Assembly: GCA_964632675.1 (NCBI GenBank)
Contig: CAZWDV010000008.1
Coordinates: 17,725 to 81,724 of the forward strand
DNA: 64,000 bases
Direction of reading: 5' to 3'
DNA from: an uncultured Sediminispirochaeta sp.
GTDB taxonomy: Bacteria; Spirochaetota; Spirochaetia; DSM-16054; Sediminispirochaetaceae
Part shown: positions 53,349 through 63,374 of the stretch, piece after piece
Layout of the letters: each line of letters begins with the position of its first letter
Position numbering within the stretch: the first letter of the stretch is position 1
Translations under genes and position numbers: made by a program
Notes under the pieces: generated by a model
Seen by the model: only the letters and a program-made list of their open reading frames with translations
Told to the model about the DNA's origin: nothing
Databases searched by the model: none

Positions 53349-54191
53349 ATGAAAAACTATACTTTGAATCAGAGGATTATTCTCTATATATTCTTTGCAC
53401 TGCTGCTGGTCTTTTTTCTGCTGCCGGTGCTCTACATAATTTCACTTTCTTTGAAGACGGGCGATCAAATACTCGAGAAGGTGCATCTGTTCAACTTTTT
53501 TCTCGGTGACGTGACCCTGGAAAACTATGGCAAAGTCATCACGAATATTAGAATGGACATATATCTCAAGAACTCTGCGCTGCTGGTTATTTCAACGGCG
53601 ATTGGAGTGCTGCTGGCCGCGTTTCCGTCCTCATATGCACTTTCACGTGGAAGTTTTAAGCGGAAAAATGTGGTGTTGATCGGAATACTATTTTTTCAAA
53701 TGATCTCTCCGATAATCATCAGTATTCCGATTTATTGGTACTACGCCAAGCTGAATCTTCTGAATACCTTCGGCGGCATTGCCCTAATCTATATTGCCAT
53801 CCATCTTCCTTTTACTACTTTTTTGATGAAAGGGGTGTTTGATGCAATTCCCCGCGAACTGGATGAGGCGGCAACTGTAGACGGCTGCAAAAGGATGGAA
53901 ATTCTGGTCAGGGTGCTTATTCCGGCAGCACTTCCGGGGATTGCCAGTGCTACTATCTTTAACAGTATAAATGCATGGTCACAGTTTATCATTCCCTTCT
54001 TCCTTTTGAGTGACAATAAGTTGTACCCCGTTTCGGTTGGTATACTGCAGGCGCAGGGCTCGTATCAGGATGTGTCTACCCAGTATCTATCAGCGGCCGG
54101 GGTAATTGGATTGCTGCCGGCAGTTGTACTGGTACTCTTTTTACAAAAATTTATCATCAAAGCGCTGGTGACCGGGGCCGTGAAGGGTTAG
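53349..54191 (+). CDS. ABC sugar-type permease (MalG-like)
   Basis: 280 aa, 6 TM. EAA loop GVFDAIPRELDEAATVDGCKRMEILVRVLIPAALP. Confidence 0.85.
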   Translation: MKNYTLNQRIILYIFFALLLVFFLLPVLYIISLSLKTGDQILEKVHLFNFFLGDVTLENYGKVITNIRMDIYLKNSALLVISTAIGVLLAAFPSSYALSRGSFKRKNVVLIGILFFQMISPIIISIPIYWYYAKLNLLNTFGGIALIYIAIHLPFTTFLMKGVFDAIPRELDEAATVDGCKRMEILVRVLIPAALPGIASATIFNSINAWSQFIIPFFLLSDNKLYPVSVGILQAQGSYQDVSTQYLSAAGVIGLLPAVVLVLFLQKFIIKALVTGAVKG

Positions 54192-54201
54192 GATTAATAA
54201 T

Positions 54202-54882
54202 ATGAAGATTAAATGGCTCGGACATGCGGCCTTTCTGATTTCAGGAGAGGGAAAAAAGATTATTACGGACCCGTATGATCCTTCAATCACAAAACTGCAT
54301 CCTGTTGACGATGCTGCGGATATTGTGGTGCGGAGTTCGGAGAATGACCAGGCGCATTGCTATGTAGAGGCGCTTCCCGATGGGTATGTGTTGCTCACTG
54401 CCACCGATTACATAGCACCGAACAAAACCGAGGAGGAAGCTGTAGGCGTTTTATTTCAATTTATCCCGTCCCGTGAGAGTGTAATCCACAAAGAAGTTGC
54501 CCGGGAAAATGCCTTTTATCGATTTTCTTTAGAGGGTATCGAAATTGCCCATCTAGGTGATATCGGGAACGCCATGACCGAAGAGCATATAAACTTTTTA
54601 CGGGGTACAGACATCCTGCTGGCTCTGGCCGGTGGACCTCCTACTATTGAACTGAAAGATCTCTTCTCCGTAATTGAAGAAATCCAGCCAAAGCTGGTGA
54701 TACCGATGCACTACCGGATTCCTGGTCCGAAGTTTTTTATGCTGCCGATCGATAAGCTGATTAGCTATTTCAATCAATCGGTAGTAACTTGGACCGGTGA
54801 GTCGGAAATCGAGCTGACGAAGAGCGCATTACCAGCTGCGACGCAGCTGCTCATTCTTGAGCCCTCAAGGGTAAAAGAGTAG
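54202..54882 (+). CDS. MBL-fold (Lactamase_B_3 / UPF0173-like) metal-dependent hydrolase
   Basis: 226 aa. MKIKWLGHAAFLISGEGKKIITDPY...IAHLGDIG...VIPMHY is the typical short MBL-fold pattern. Confidence 0.65.
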   Translation: MKIKWLGHAAFLISGEGKKIITDPYDPSITKLHPVDDAADIVVRSSENDQAHCYVEALPDGYVLLTATDYIAPNKTEEEAVGVLFQFIPSRESVIHKEVARENAFYRFSLEGIEIAHLGDIGNAMTEEHINFLRGTDILLALAGGPPTIELKDLFSVIEEIQPKLVIPMHYRIPGPKFFMLPIDKLISYFNQSVVTWTGESEIELTKSALPAATQLLILEPSRVKE

Positions 54883-54966
54883 GACGAAAGCGCAGCATGA
54901 TCGCAGAGGGCTCATAGTTCGTGGCCTTTAGTTGCTCTGACTCATATTCTTCTTTAGAATACTATT

Positions 54967-57537
54967 ATGACCAAGATACATCTCATTTGCAATGCACATA
55001 TAGACCCTGTATATCTTTGGGAGTGGGAAGAGGGTGCCGCCGAGGCACTAGCAACATTCCGTACTGCAGCGGATTTTTGCGAGCGCTGCGACGGCTTTGT
55101 GTTCAATAAAAACGAGGTAATCCTGTACGAATGGGTCAAAGAATTCGACCCTTCCCTCTTTACTCGTATACAAAAACTGGTACAACAGGGCAAGTGGCAT
55201 ATAATGGGAGGATGGTATGTACAACCGGACTGCAACATGCCCGCGGGCGAATCTCTGGTAAGACAGATCCTGCGCGGACGGGAGTTTTTCCTGCAGCACT
55301 TCAACACGCGTCCCACCACCGCAATCAATTTCGATCCCTTCGGGCATTCCGGAGGTTTGGTCCAGATCTTGGTGAAGTCGGGATTCGATTCGTACCTTTT
55401 TTGCCGGCCCGAAGAAAAGTATCTAAATTTGCCGGCCCCCGATTTTTTGTGGACCGGCCCCGACGGCTCGCGGATTCGCACCCACCGGGCTATGGATCTG
55501 TATAAATCCAGGCGAGGGGCTGCCGTACAACGCATCGATGAATATCTGGAAAAGGTGAAGCCGACTTACAGGGGTTTGGTGCTCTGGGGGATTGGCAATC
55601 ATGGCGGCGGACCGTCTGCAGAAGACCTTGATGCTATTTCTCAGAACATAGAGCGGTGGGAATCTAAAGGCTGGAAAATAGGCCACTCCACTCCGGAAGC
55701 CTATTTTAACCACTACACACCAGGCCTTCCGGAATTTGAGGGAGATCTGAATCCCTTTGCTGTGGGGTGCTATACTTCCCAGATCAGAATTAAGCAGAGT
55801 CATCGAGCTCTGGAAAATGCGCTCTTTCTTACAGAAAAAATGGCCGGCCGGTCGGCACTTGCGGCTGGAATGGAATATCCGCAGCACGAACTACAGGAGG
55901 CCGAAGATGATTTGCTGCTCAGTGAGTTTCACGACATCCTGCCCGGTACCTCCATACAATCGGCCGAGGAAAGCTCACTGAGGTTGATGGGCCATGGTTT
56001 GGAAATTTTATCGAGAATCCGAATGAAATCATTTTTACAATTATGCCGGGCAGTACCCGACGCAATCACCCTTTTTACCAACAAGCAAAACAGCGAACCG
56101 GCTTATTCTTTGGTTGTGTACAACCCTCATCCCTGGGAGTTTTGTAGCCGCCTTATCTGTGAACTCCAGTTGGCTGATCAAAATCTGAAGGGGAGCTTTA
56201 CAGATTTTCGTGTGGTGGATGCAGCCGGTAGAGAAATACCCTGTCAAGTTGAAAAAGAAGCCAGCAATATTCCGGTTGACTGGCGTAAACGACTGGTACT
56301 CAAAGCGCCCCTCAAGCCTTCTGCCCTTACCACCCTGAAGTGTCTGCCCCGGGAAATAGAGAAAAAAGCACCGCCCCATGCCTCCGGCTTTGTCTTCGAG
56401 ACAGCCTCGCATATCAAGGTGAAGGGTCAAAACAGCGAATTCGTTGTTTCAAAAGAATCCGGCGCTTTGATAAAAATGGATACCAACAATGAAACTTTGC
56501 TGGCCGGCCCTTCATGTGTACCGATTGTACTTAAGGACAGTTCAGATCCATGGGGAGTGAACGTAGATCGCTTCGACATGCTAATCGGCAGTTTTGAGCT
56601 GATGAGTCCGGAGGAGACCTCCGGGTTCTGTGCTCTCGATACTCTTTTGCCGCCGGTTCACATAGTCGAATCGGGACGAGTGCGCACTGTAGTGGAGTGC
56701 TGTTTTAAGTACAAAACCTCCAGCCTGGTTATGAGATATAGCATGCTGCATGACGAGAGCCGTCTCGAAGTGGACATGCGCGTGAATTGGCAGGAAAAGG
56801 ACAAAATGCTGAAGGCGCCGTTGTATGCTATCGGGCAGAAAAAAAGATGCTTCGGCCAGACTGCTTATGCAGTCCAGGAATACACCGAGTTTGGACGGGA
56901 GAACGTGTCCCAGAAGTGGACGGCTCTGCTGGCCGATATCCCGGAGGCTGCCGGCTTTGCGGTCTTAGACCGGGGTATGTACGGATTCCATTTCGACGAG
57001 GAGGGATTGTACCTTTCACTGCTCCGTTCGCCGGCCTATTCAGCCTATCCGGTGCCCGGAACCAAACCAATCAGCAGCGATCGCTACACTCCCCGGATTG
57101 ATCAGGGCGAGCACAGATTCCGCTTTGACCTCCTCGCCGGCCCCTCCGCCCACATACGCCAACATGTAGATCGCAGAGCTCTTGAAATAAATGAAGAACC
57201 CTTTTACTTGTTTATGTCGCTGTCGAATAGCCCGACGACTGACCCAACGTCTGCAATTACCACTACCTCGGAGGCACAAGACCCTCAAGAGAGTTTTATT
57301 AAACTGGACAATCCGGCCGTCGTCATGACTGCCTTCAAACGGTCCCGCAGCGGCCTGCAGTATGTCATCCGCCTCCACGAGACCAGTGGTACATCCCAAA
57401 CCGCAGTCCTCAGGCTTCCGCAGCTCGACCTGCACAATATCATCGATTTCTCACCATTTGAAATAAAAACCTTTTTACTTGACCCGGTCTCGACCACTCT
57501 TACAGAAAGTGATCTGCTGGAGGGGTTATCAAAGTAG
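54967..57537 (+). CDS. GH38 alpha-mannosidase (cytoplasmic, 856 aa)
   Basis: LICNAHIDPVYLWEWEEG (GH38 HxD metal motif), GGWYVQPDCNMPAGESLVRQILRGREFF, FDPFGHS, EFHDILPGTS. No signal peptide. Confidence 0.9.
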   Translation: MTKIHLICNAHIDPVYLWEWEEGAAEALATFRTAADFCERCDGFVFNKNEVILYEWVKEFDPSLFTRIQKLVQQGKWHIMGGWYVQPDCNMPAGESLVRQILRGREFFLQHFNTRPTTAINFDPFGHSGGLVQILVKSGFDSYLFCRPEEKYLNLPAPDFLWTGPDGSRIRTHRAMDLYKSRRGAAVQRIDEYLEKVKPTYRGLVLWGIGNHGGGPSAEDLDAISQNIERWESKGWKIGHSTPEAYFNHYTPGLPEFEGDLNPFAVGCYTSQIRIKQSHRALENALFLTEKMAGRSALAAGMEYPQHELQEAEDDLLLSEFHDILPGTSIQSAEESSLRLMGHGLEILSRIRMKSFLQLCRAVPDAITLFTNKQNSEPAYSLVVYNPHPWEFCSRLICELQLADQNLKGSFTDFRVVDAAGREIPCQVEKEASNIPVDWRKRLVLKAPLKPSALTTLKCLPREIEKKAPPHASGFVFETASHIKVKGQNSEFVVSKESGALIKMDTNNETLLAGPSCVPIVLKDSSDPWGVNVDRFDMLIGSFELMSPEETSGFCALDTLLPPVHIVESGRVRTVVECCFKYKTSSLVMRYSMLHDESRLEVDMRVNWQEKDKMLKAPLYAIGQKKRCFGQTAYAVQEYTEFGRENVSQKWTALLADIPEAAGFAVLDRGMYGFHFDEEGLYLSLLRSPAYSAYPVPGTKPISSDRYTPRIDQGEHRFRFDLLAGPSAHIRQHVDRRALEINEEPFYLFMSLSNSPTTDPTSAITTTSEAQDPQESFIKLDNPAVVMTAFKRSRSGLQYVIRLHETSGTSQTAVLRLPQLDLHNIIDFSPFEIKTFLLDPVSTTLTESDLLEGLSK

Positions 57538-57710
57538 TTCAGGCGGTTCGGTTTCAAAGACGGTAATTATTATCCCGTCTTCCCGCTGGTCGAATGAATC
57601 AGCATAGTAAACAGTATAGTTTGAGTTAAGATCCGCTCATGAACAAAAACTGTGGAGTCCTGTGGACCGAATATATATTCAAAGCCTTAATAAGAGAAAA
57701 GTTCTTGCAG

Positions 57711-58826
57711 TCAGTCCTTAACTTTTATTGTCGTTTCTCCTTGAATAAACTCAATCTCGATTTCCTGGCGGTGTTCAAACTCCTGTCCGTTGAGCATTTT
57801 CTGGATAAGTGAGAATGCACATTCGGCAATCTTTTTTTCGTTCTGTTTTAAGTGTGTGATAGGCTTGATCCGGTTCACAAGATAGCTGGGTGCATCAAAA
57901 CAGATAAGTGAGAGATCTTCGGGTATGCGTATGCCCAACTCGTGGGCAGCAGCCTCAACCACTGGTACGACTGAATATTTGAGTCCAAATACGGCAGTAA
58001 GCTCACGATGCTCTAGAAGATAAGCCTTTATCTTTTCCTTTGCCTTGATGAACGCCTCTTCATCCCGAGTGTCGATGGTTTCCAGGTCTGTCAGCCACCA
58101 CTCCTGTTTGAATTTGTAGCCGTTTTCGACTATAGCGTGCATAATTCCCTTCTCCCGTTCCATCAGGGTTGTAGTGGAACCGATCGGGCGGGAGAGAATG
58201 CCGATATTCCGATGGCCAAGTGAATAGAGATGGTTAATGCCGGTTTGAGCAGCTTCGAAGTTCTTTGAGATTACATTTGGACAGGACACGTCCTTCAAAT
58301 AGCGGTCAATGAGTACTACAGGAAAGCCGTCCAAAATAAGCTTGAGTATATCATTGTTGAAGGATTCATTGTGTGCCGGAAAGATGATGAACCCGTCTAC
58401 TCCATAGCTAAGAAAATTCGACAAGAGCCGTTTTTCACGTTCGATCTCGTCGTTGCTGATGCCCGTGAGAGTGAGTATGTCGGCATCCTGAGCGAGGCGC
58501 TCCAAAGTTTGAAATATTTCAAGTCCGAATGAATCGGAGAGATTGTGTTGAATCAAACCGAATACCTTGCGCTTGGTGCTCTGATTTCTTCCAATCATCT
58601 TTTTTGAGTCGTCGGCAATGAAGGATCCTCTCCCGGGATGTTTTACGATGATAAGGTTTTCTGCTGCCATATCCAGGGCTTTTTTTGAGGTAATCCGGCT
58701 GACCTTGTAGGTTTCGGCCCACTCGGCTTCGGTCGGAATTTTATCCCCAGGTTTATACTCACCAGAATCGATCCTGCGGAGAAGTTCATTATAAATTACT
58801 CTGTACAATGGTTTTTTTTCATTCAT
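57711..58826 (-). CDS. AraR-type chimeric regulator (GntR wHTH plus PBP-type sugar-binding domain)
   Basis: 371 aa. YRVIYNELLRRIDSGEYKPGDKIPTEAEWAETYKVSRITSKKALDMAAENLIIVKHPGRGSFI, followed by a Peripla_BP-like domain. Codons 3-6 sit on an A8 run (T8 on the + strand, 58812-58819). Confidence 0.8.
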   Translation of the reverse strand: MNEKKPLYRVIYNELLRRIDSGEYKPGDKIPTEAEWAETYKVSRITSKKALDMAAENLIIVKHPGRGSFIADDSKKMIGRNQSTKRKVFGLIQHNLSDSFGLEIFQTLERLAQDADILTLTGISNDEIEREKRLLSNFLSYGVDGFIIFPAHNESFNNDILKLILDGFPVVLIDRYLKDVSCPNVISKNFEAAQTGINHLYSLGHRNIGILSRPIGSTTTLMEREKGIMHAIVENGYKFKQEWWLTDLETIDTRDEEAFIKAKEKIKAYLLEHRELTAVFGLKYSVVPVVEAAAHELGIRIPEDLSLICFDAPSYLVNRIKPITHLKQNEKKIAECAFSLIQKMLNGQEFEHRQEIEIEFIQGETTIKVKD

Positions 58827-58917
58827 AGTAGTATAGTACGCCGACTTTTTCGAAATGTCAAGAAATGATATATCAAAAAATTTTTTTAATTAATTGTACA
58901 GAAATAAATAATTATTG

Positions 58918-58934
58918 TGTAAAACCATTTTACA
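58918..58934. promoter_or_regulatory. 17-bp palindrome TGTAAAA-CCA-TTTTACA in a divergent promoter region
   Basis: Perfect 7-bp arms. Lies between the regulator gene (57711..58826, -) and the URO-D-family gene (59015, +). Confidence 0.45.
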
Positions 58935-59014
58935 TGTATATGTATGTATAATATAATAATTATATCTTATAATATATTTGCAAGACCAGCGAATGGTTTT
59001 CAAGGAGCGCGTTT

Positions 59015-60172
59015 ATGACATCCAGGCAGAGACTATTAAAGGCATTGGCGAATGAAAAGCCAGATAAATTGCCGGCAACAACTCATACCTTACAGAAATA
59101 TTATCTCGATAGATATGAAAATGGAGCTAGTTTTTCAGATTTTTTCGAAACTCATCAGCTTGATCTGATTGACTGGATTCGTCCTTTCAAACCAGACGAG
59201 ACACGGGGACAATATTGGTCTGATCCTGCTACTACCGGATATGACGGAATAGTCAGCGATCAGTGGAAAATTTCTGCTGAAGATCTCGAAGATCCACAAT
59301 ACCAAACTACGCGGTATCGTATAGAGACTCCAGAGGGGACTCTTTCTATGATTCTCCAGGCAAATGAATATACCCATTGGGTGAAGGAGCATCTGCTCAA
59401 AGAATCGCACGAATTGGACCTCCTACAGAAATATGCACCCCACTTTGTGTGTGACACTGACGAGGTTGAAGCCCATGCTGCGGCAATCGGCGAGCGAGGG
59501 ATTGTGAGATCGGTCACTCCTGTGTTTGATATCTACGGTCAGCCCGGGTGCTGGCAGGATGCTGCGGTTCTGTTGGGTATTGAAAAACTTATATATGCTA
59601 CTTTTGATGATTCGGGGTGGGTGAAGGAGCTGCTCGCATTGCTCCGGGATCGCAAGCTCAGCTATATCAATTCAATGCAGGATACACCCATCGATTTGAT
59701 TGAGCTCGGGGGTGGGGATGCTTCCACTACAGTTATTTCACCGGGAATTTTTCAGGAATTCGTAGCTCCTTATGATGCCCCGCTCATAGAGGCAGCCCAT
59801 ACGGCTGGCCAGAAGATTGTATATCACACCTGTGGGGGTATGATGCCGATTCTGGAAGATATTGCAGCAATGAAACCAGATGCCATGGAGACATTTACTC
59901 CTCCTGGTATGGGGGCCGACGTGGATCTGGCAGAAGCGCATGCGCGGATCGGTGATCAGGTGTGCTTTATTGGTGGATTCGATCAAGGGTACTATTTATG
60001 GAGATCTACTCCTGAAGAAACCCGTGCGGAGGTCAAACGGTGCTTTGCAGCAGCGGGTAAAGACGGCGGGTATATAATTGCACCATCCGACCACTTTTTC
60101 GATGCCAAACCCGAACTGTTAGATGCTTTCTCTGCTGCAGCCGCAGAGTGTACCTACCAAGCCGAGGGGTAG
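59015..60172 (+). CDS. Uroporphyrinogen decarboxylase (URO-D) family protein, MtaA/CmuA-like methyltransferase subgroup
   Basis: 385 aa. AAGGAG SD. RQRLLKALANEKPDKLP N-terminus, GGGDASTTVISPGIFQEFVAPY, KIVYHTCGG (H-x-C as in Zn-dependent MtaA-type enzymes), GGYIIAPSDH. No heme-pathway context. Confidence 0.7.
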   Translation: MTSRQRLLKALANEKPDKLPATTHTLQKYYLDRYENGASFSDFFETHQLDLIDWIRPFKPDETRGQYWSDPATTGYDGIVSDQWKISAEDLEDPQYQTTRYRIETPEGTLSMILQANEYTHWVKEHLLKESHELDLLQKYAPHFVCDTDEVEAHAAAIGERGIVRSVTPVFDIYGQPGCWQDAAVLLGIEKLIYATFDDSGWVKELLALLRDRKLSYINSMQDTPIDLIELGGGDASTTVISPGIFQEFVAPYDAPLIEAAHTAGQKIVYHTCGGMMPILEDIAAMKPDAMETFTPPGMGADVDLAEAHARIGDQVCFIGGFDQGYYLWRSTPEETRAEVKRCFAAAGKDGGYIIAPSDHFFDAKPELLDAFSAAAAECTYQAEG

Positions 60173-60175
60173 ATC

Positions 60176-63100
60176 ATGCCGAAGAGAAAACCAAAAGACC
60201 CCGAGCGAAGCCCCGATCTGCCCCACAACTGGATAGAACGTCACATACAGAGATTGGAAGCCTTTGTGTATTATGATCCTATCGATCTGACTTCTTGGAA
60301 GATACGACAAGCCGTGTACCATGGGCCTGGGAATTATGAATATATTGATGAGCAATGGCGTGAGATTGCCTTGGGCGACTCCTGGGGAGGGCCGAACACC
60401 ACGGCCTTTTTTAATACCAGCTTTACTGTTCCGAAGAGCCATTCCGGTGATGATATGGTTCTGGATGTATTTCTGGATGGAGGTGAAGCCCAGATAAGCA
60501 TTAACGGGCGTCCCTGGCAGGGTTTGGACTGGAACCGATCGATTGTACCGCTGAAGGGGTTAGCTGTTACTGGAAAGATGCTGGAACTCGATATAGAGGC
60601 TTTCATTATAAATTATCCCTACGATGACCGTCGCAACGACGAGCGTGAATCCCACTGTTTTGAGCGGGCCAGGCTCATGAAGCGTGATGCAGTAATAGAG
60701 GCTTTTGTTCATGATGCGCATTTTGTGCTGGATTCCTATTTAAGTTACTGGAGGAGTGACGAGGATTATGAAATCGAGCAATTCCTGCTGCATCATCTAA
60801 GAAATGCGTGCCGGGCAATTGGACCGCAGGTGAGAAACCGAGAAGCCGCTCGTGAGGCCGCAGTAGGGGCACGTAGTATACTGCAAGAAAATGTATTTGC
60901 CAGTCGGGCTTATCAAAAAGCTGGTTTGGTAAATATATGTGCTCACTCTCATTTAGATATCGTATATCTTTGGCCGATTAGGGAGACCTTTCGTAAAAAC
61001 TGCCGTACTGTTACTAATATGCTGAGTCTCATGCGCGAATACCCCGAGTATCGATTCAGCTACAGCCAGCCTTATCTGTATGAAAAGCTGAAGGAGTTGT
61101 ATCCGCAGGTATTTGAAGAAGTGAAACAGCGGGTAAAAGAGGGGCGTTGGGAAGTAATCGGTGCGATGTATGTGGAGCCGGACGGAAACCTGCTCGGCAC
61201 CGAGAGTCTGATCCGCCAGATTCTGTTCGGCAAGCGTTTCCTGAAGGATGAGTTGGGAGTCGATACAGCGACCTGCTGGCTTCCTGATGTATTCGGGGTG
61301 ATCTATTCTCTTCCGCAAATTTTAAGAAAATCCGGCGTTAAGTATTTTAGTACGGTAAAGCTGAACATTTGGAACGACACCAACGATTTTCCGCATGATA
61401 GTTTCCGTTGGAGAGGTCCCGACGGCAGCGAAGTAATCGCACATTTCCCGCCGACACATTTCGGGCAGAAATATGATCCGGATACTCTCCGGCGACACTG
61501 GAACGATTTTGTAGAGAAGAATACGGTTGGTGAAAACCTGTATGTATACGGATATGCCGACGGCGGGGGTGGACCGACACGTGAGATGGTTGAGGCGAGC
61601 TTGAGGACGAGCCATTTTCCGGGATTGCCGGAGGGAAGGATAGAGTTGGTCGAAGAATTCTTCCGGCGTCTGGAAGCCCGCAGTGATAAATTGGCCATCT
61701 GGGATGATGAGCTGTATCTCGAGGCCCATCGGGGCACTTATACCACCAAGGGCGATTTGAAACGGCTCAATCGAAAAGCGGAGGTGCTCTATCGTGAGGT
61801 CGAAATCATCAGCTCAATAGCCTGGCTGTATGGAGGCCCGCGTATTCAAGAGCGTTTGAATAAGGGCTGGAAGCTGATACTGCTGAACCAGTTCCATGAC
61901 ACTCTGCCGGGCACGCATAGCCCTGAATGTGTTCCGGATATAAAAAAGGATTATGGGTCGATTTTCGAAATCGTTGAACAGATAAAAAATGAGGTAGTAA
62001 ACTACATAAGCGGTAAAATTAGACGAAGCTCCAAAGCAAAACACTGGGTATTGTTGAATACGGTATCGTGGCAACGCTCTGATGTCGCCGCCTTGCCAGC
62101 GGACCCGAATTCGAAGGACGAGACGGGTACCATTGTATTTTCGGATGGAATTGCGCTGCCGTACCAGCAGTATGGAGATATGCTGTGGTTTTGTGCGTCC
62201 GGTGTGCCGCAGCTCGGGTGGGAGACTGCCCGAATTTCTCAAAAGCATGAGCAGAGCAATGAGAAGACTGCTGATATGTATGGAAATAGAATTGAAACCG
62301 AGTTCTATACTGTCGAGCTGTGTGACGGGGGAAGCATATCGAGGCTGTACGATAAACACAATGATCACGAGGTTTTCACAGCACCCGGAAACCAATTTCT
62401 GGTATATGAGGATGATCCGGGATATAAGTTCAGCAGCTGGGATTTGGCCTATCACTTCGAAGAATATTGTTTTCCTGTGATGCAGCAGGAGCCGTGGTCT
62501 TGTGTCAGCAACGGGCCTGTCTGTGCGGTGTTTGTCAGTTCGTGGCAGGTGCTTGAGTCGACAATCGAGCAGGAGATGTGGCTATTCAAGCACTCAGCTC
62601 GAATCGACTTTAAGACTAAGGTGTGGTGGAATAATAAACGTAAACTCTTAAAGGTGGCTTTCCCGCTGAAAATCAGGACGCGACGAGCTACCTATGACTT
62701 GCCGTTTGCGCATATCGAGCGGCCTACCCATCGGAACACCAGCTGGGATCAGGCTAAGTTCGAGGTTTCGGGCCACAAATGGGCGGATGTTTCAGAAGGA
62801 AATTATGGTGTAGCCCTGCTGAATGATTGTAAGTACGGATATGATGTAAAAGACAACATAATGCGTCTGTCGTTGCTGCGCAGCCCAGTACGGCCGGATG
62901 GTCAGAGTGATCAAGGTTTTCATCAATTCACTTACGCCCTGCTGCCGCACGCGGGAAATTGGATCGAGGGTGAAGTGGACCGACATGGGTACGAGTTGAA
63001 CATGCCGATAGTTGCCGCCGCTCTCGGGAATGATGACAGCAATGTGCAGGAGAGTATGCCGTCTAGAGCTTCTTTGGTTGCGACTCAATCACCGCATATT

Positions 63101-63337
63101 ATAGTTGAAACAGTGAAACAGGCGGAACAAGGAGACCAGTTGATTCTGCGTAGTTTTGACACTCATGCTACCCATAGTGAGGTGGATTTTAGGTTTGAGA
63201 AAAAACTACGGGCTGTAGCGGAAACCGATCTTCTGGAGGAGCATCCCTTGGAATGTGAGCTCAAGGATGAGCACTACCTGCGTGTCGGTTACCAACCCTT
63301 CGAGATCAAAACCCACAGGCTCGATTTTCTCCGTTGA
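60176..63337 (+). CDS. GH38 alpha-mannosidase (cytoplasmic, 1053 aa)
   Basis: CAHSHLDIVYLWPIRET (HxD motif), GAMYVEPDGNLLGTESLIRQILFGKRF, WLPDVFG, NQFHDTLPGTH. Starts 3 nt after the URO-D-family stop. No signal peptide. Confidence 0.9.
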   Translation: MPKRKPKDPERSPDLPHNWIERHIQRLEAFVYYDPIDLTSWKIRQAVYHGPGNYEYIDEQWREIALGDSWGGPNTTAFFNTSFTVPKSHSGDDMVLDVFLDGGEAQISINGRPWQGLDWNRSIVPLKGLAVTGKMLELDIEAFIINYPYDDRRNDERESHCFERARLMKRDAVIEAFVHDAHFVLDSYLSYWRSDEDYEIEQFLLHHLRNACRAIGPQVRNREAAREAAVGARSILQENVFASRAYQKAGLVNICAHSHLDIVYLWPIRETFRKNCRTVTNMLSLMREYPEYRFSYSQPYLYEKLKELYPQVFEEVKQRVKEGRWEVIGAMYVEPDGNLLGTESLIRQILFGKRFLKDELGVDTATCWLPDVFGVIYSLPQILRKSGVKYFSTVKLNIWNDTNDFPHDSFRWRGPDGSEVIAHFPPTHFGQKYDPDTLRRHWNDFVEKNTVGENLYVYGYADGGGGPTREMVEASLRTSHFPGLPEGRIELVEEFFRRLEARSDKLAIWDDELYLEAHRGTYTTKGDLKRLNRKAEVLYREVEIISSIAWLYGGPRIQERLNKGWKLILLNQFHDTLPGTHSPECVPDIKKDYGSIFEIVEQIKNEVVNYISGKIRRSSKAKHWVLLNTVSWQRSDVAALPADPNSKDETGTIVFSDGIALPYQQYGDMLWFCASGVPQLGWETARISQKHEQSNEKTADMYGNRIETEFYTVELCDGGSISRLYDKHNDHEVFTAPGNQFLVYEDDPGYKFSSWDLAYHFEEYCFPVMQQEPWSCVSNGPVCAVFVSSWQVLESTIEQEMWLFKHSARIDFKTKVWWNNKRKLLKVAFPLKIRTRRATYDLPFAHIERPTHRNTSWDQAKFEVSGHKWADVSEGNYGVALLNDCKYGYDVKDNIMRLSLLRSPVRPDGQSDQGFHQFTYALLPHAGNWIEGEVDRHGYELNMPIVAAALGNDDSNVQESMPSRASLVATQSPHIIVETVKQAEQGDQLILRSFDTHATHSEVDFRFEKKLRAVAETDLLEEHPLECELKDEHYLRVGYQPFEIKTHRLDFLR

Positions 63338-63374
63338 AATGGTTTAATATGGTCCTACAGAAACGGAGGATATA

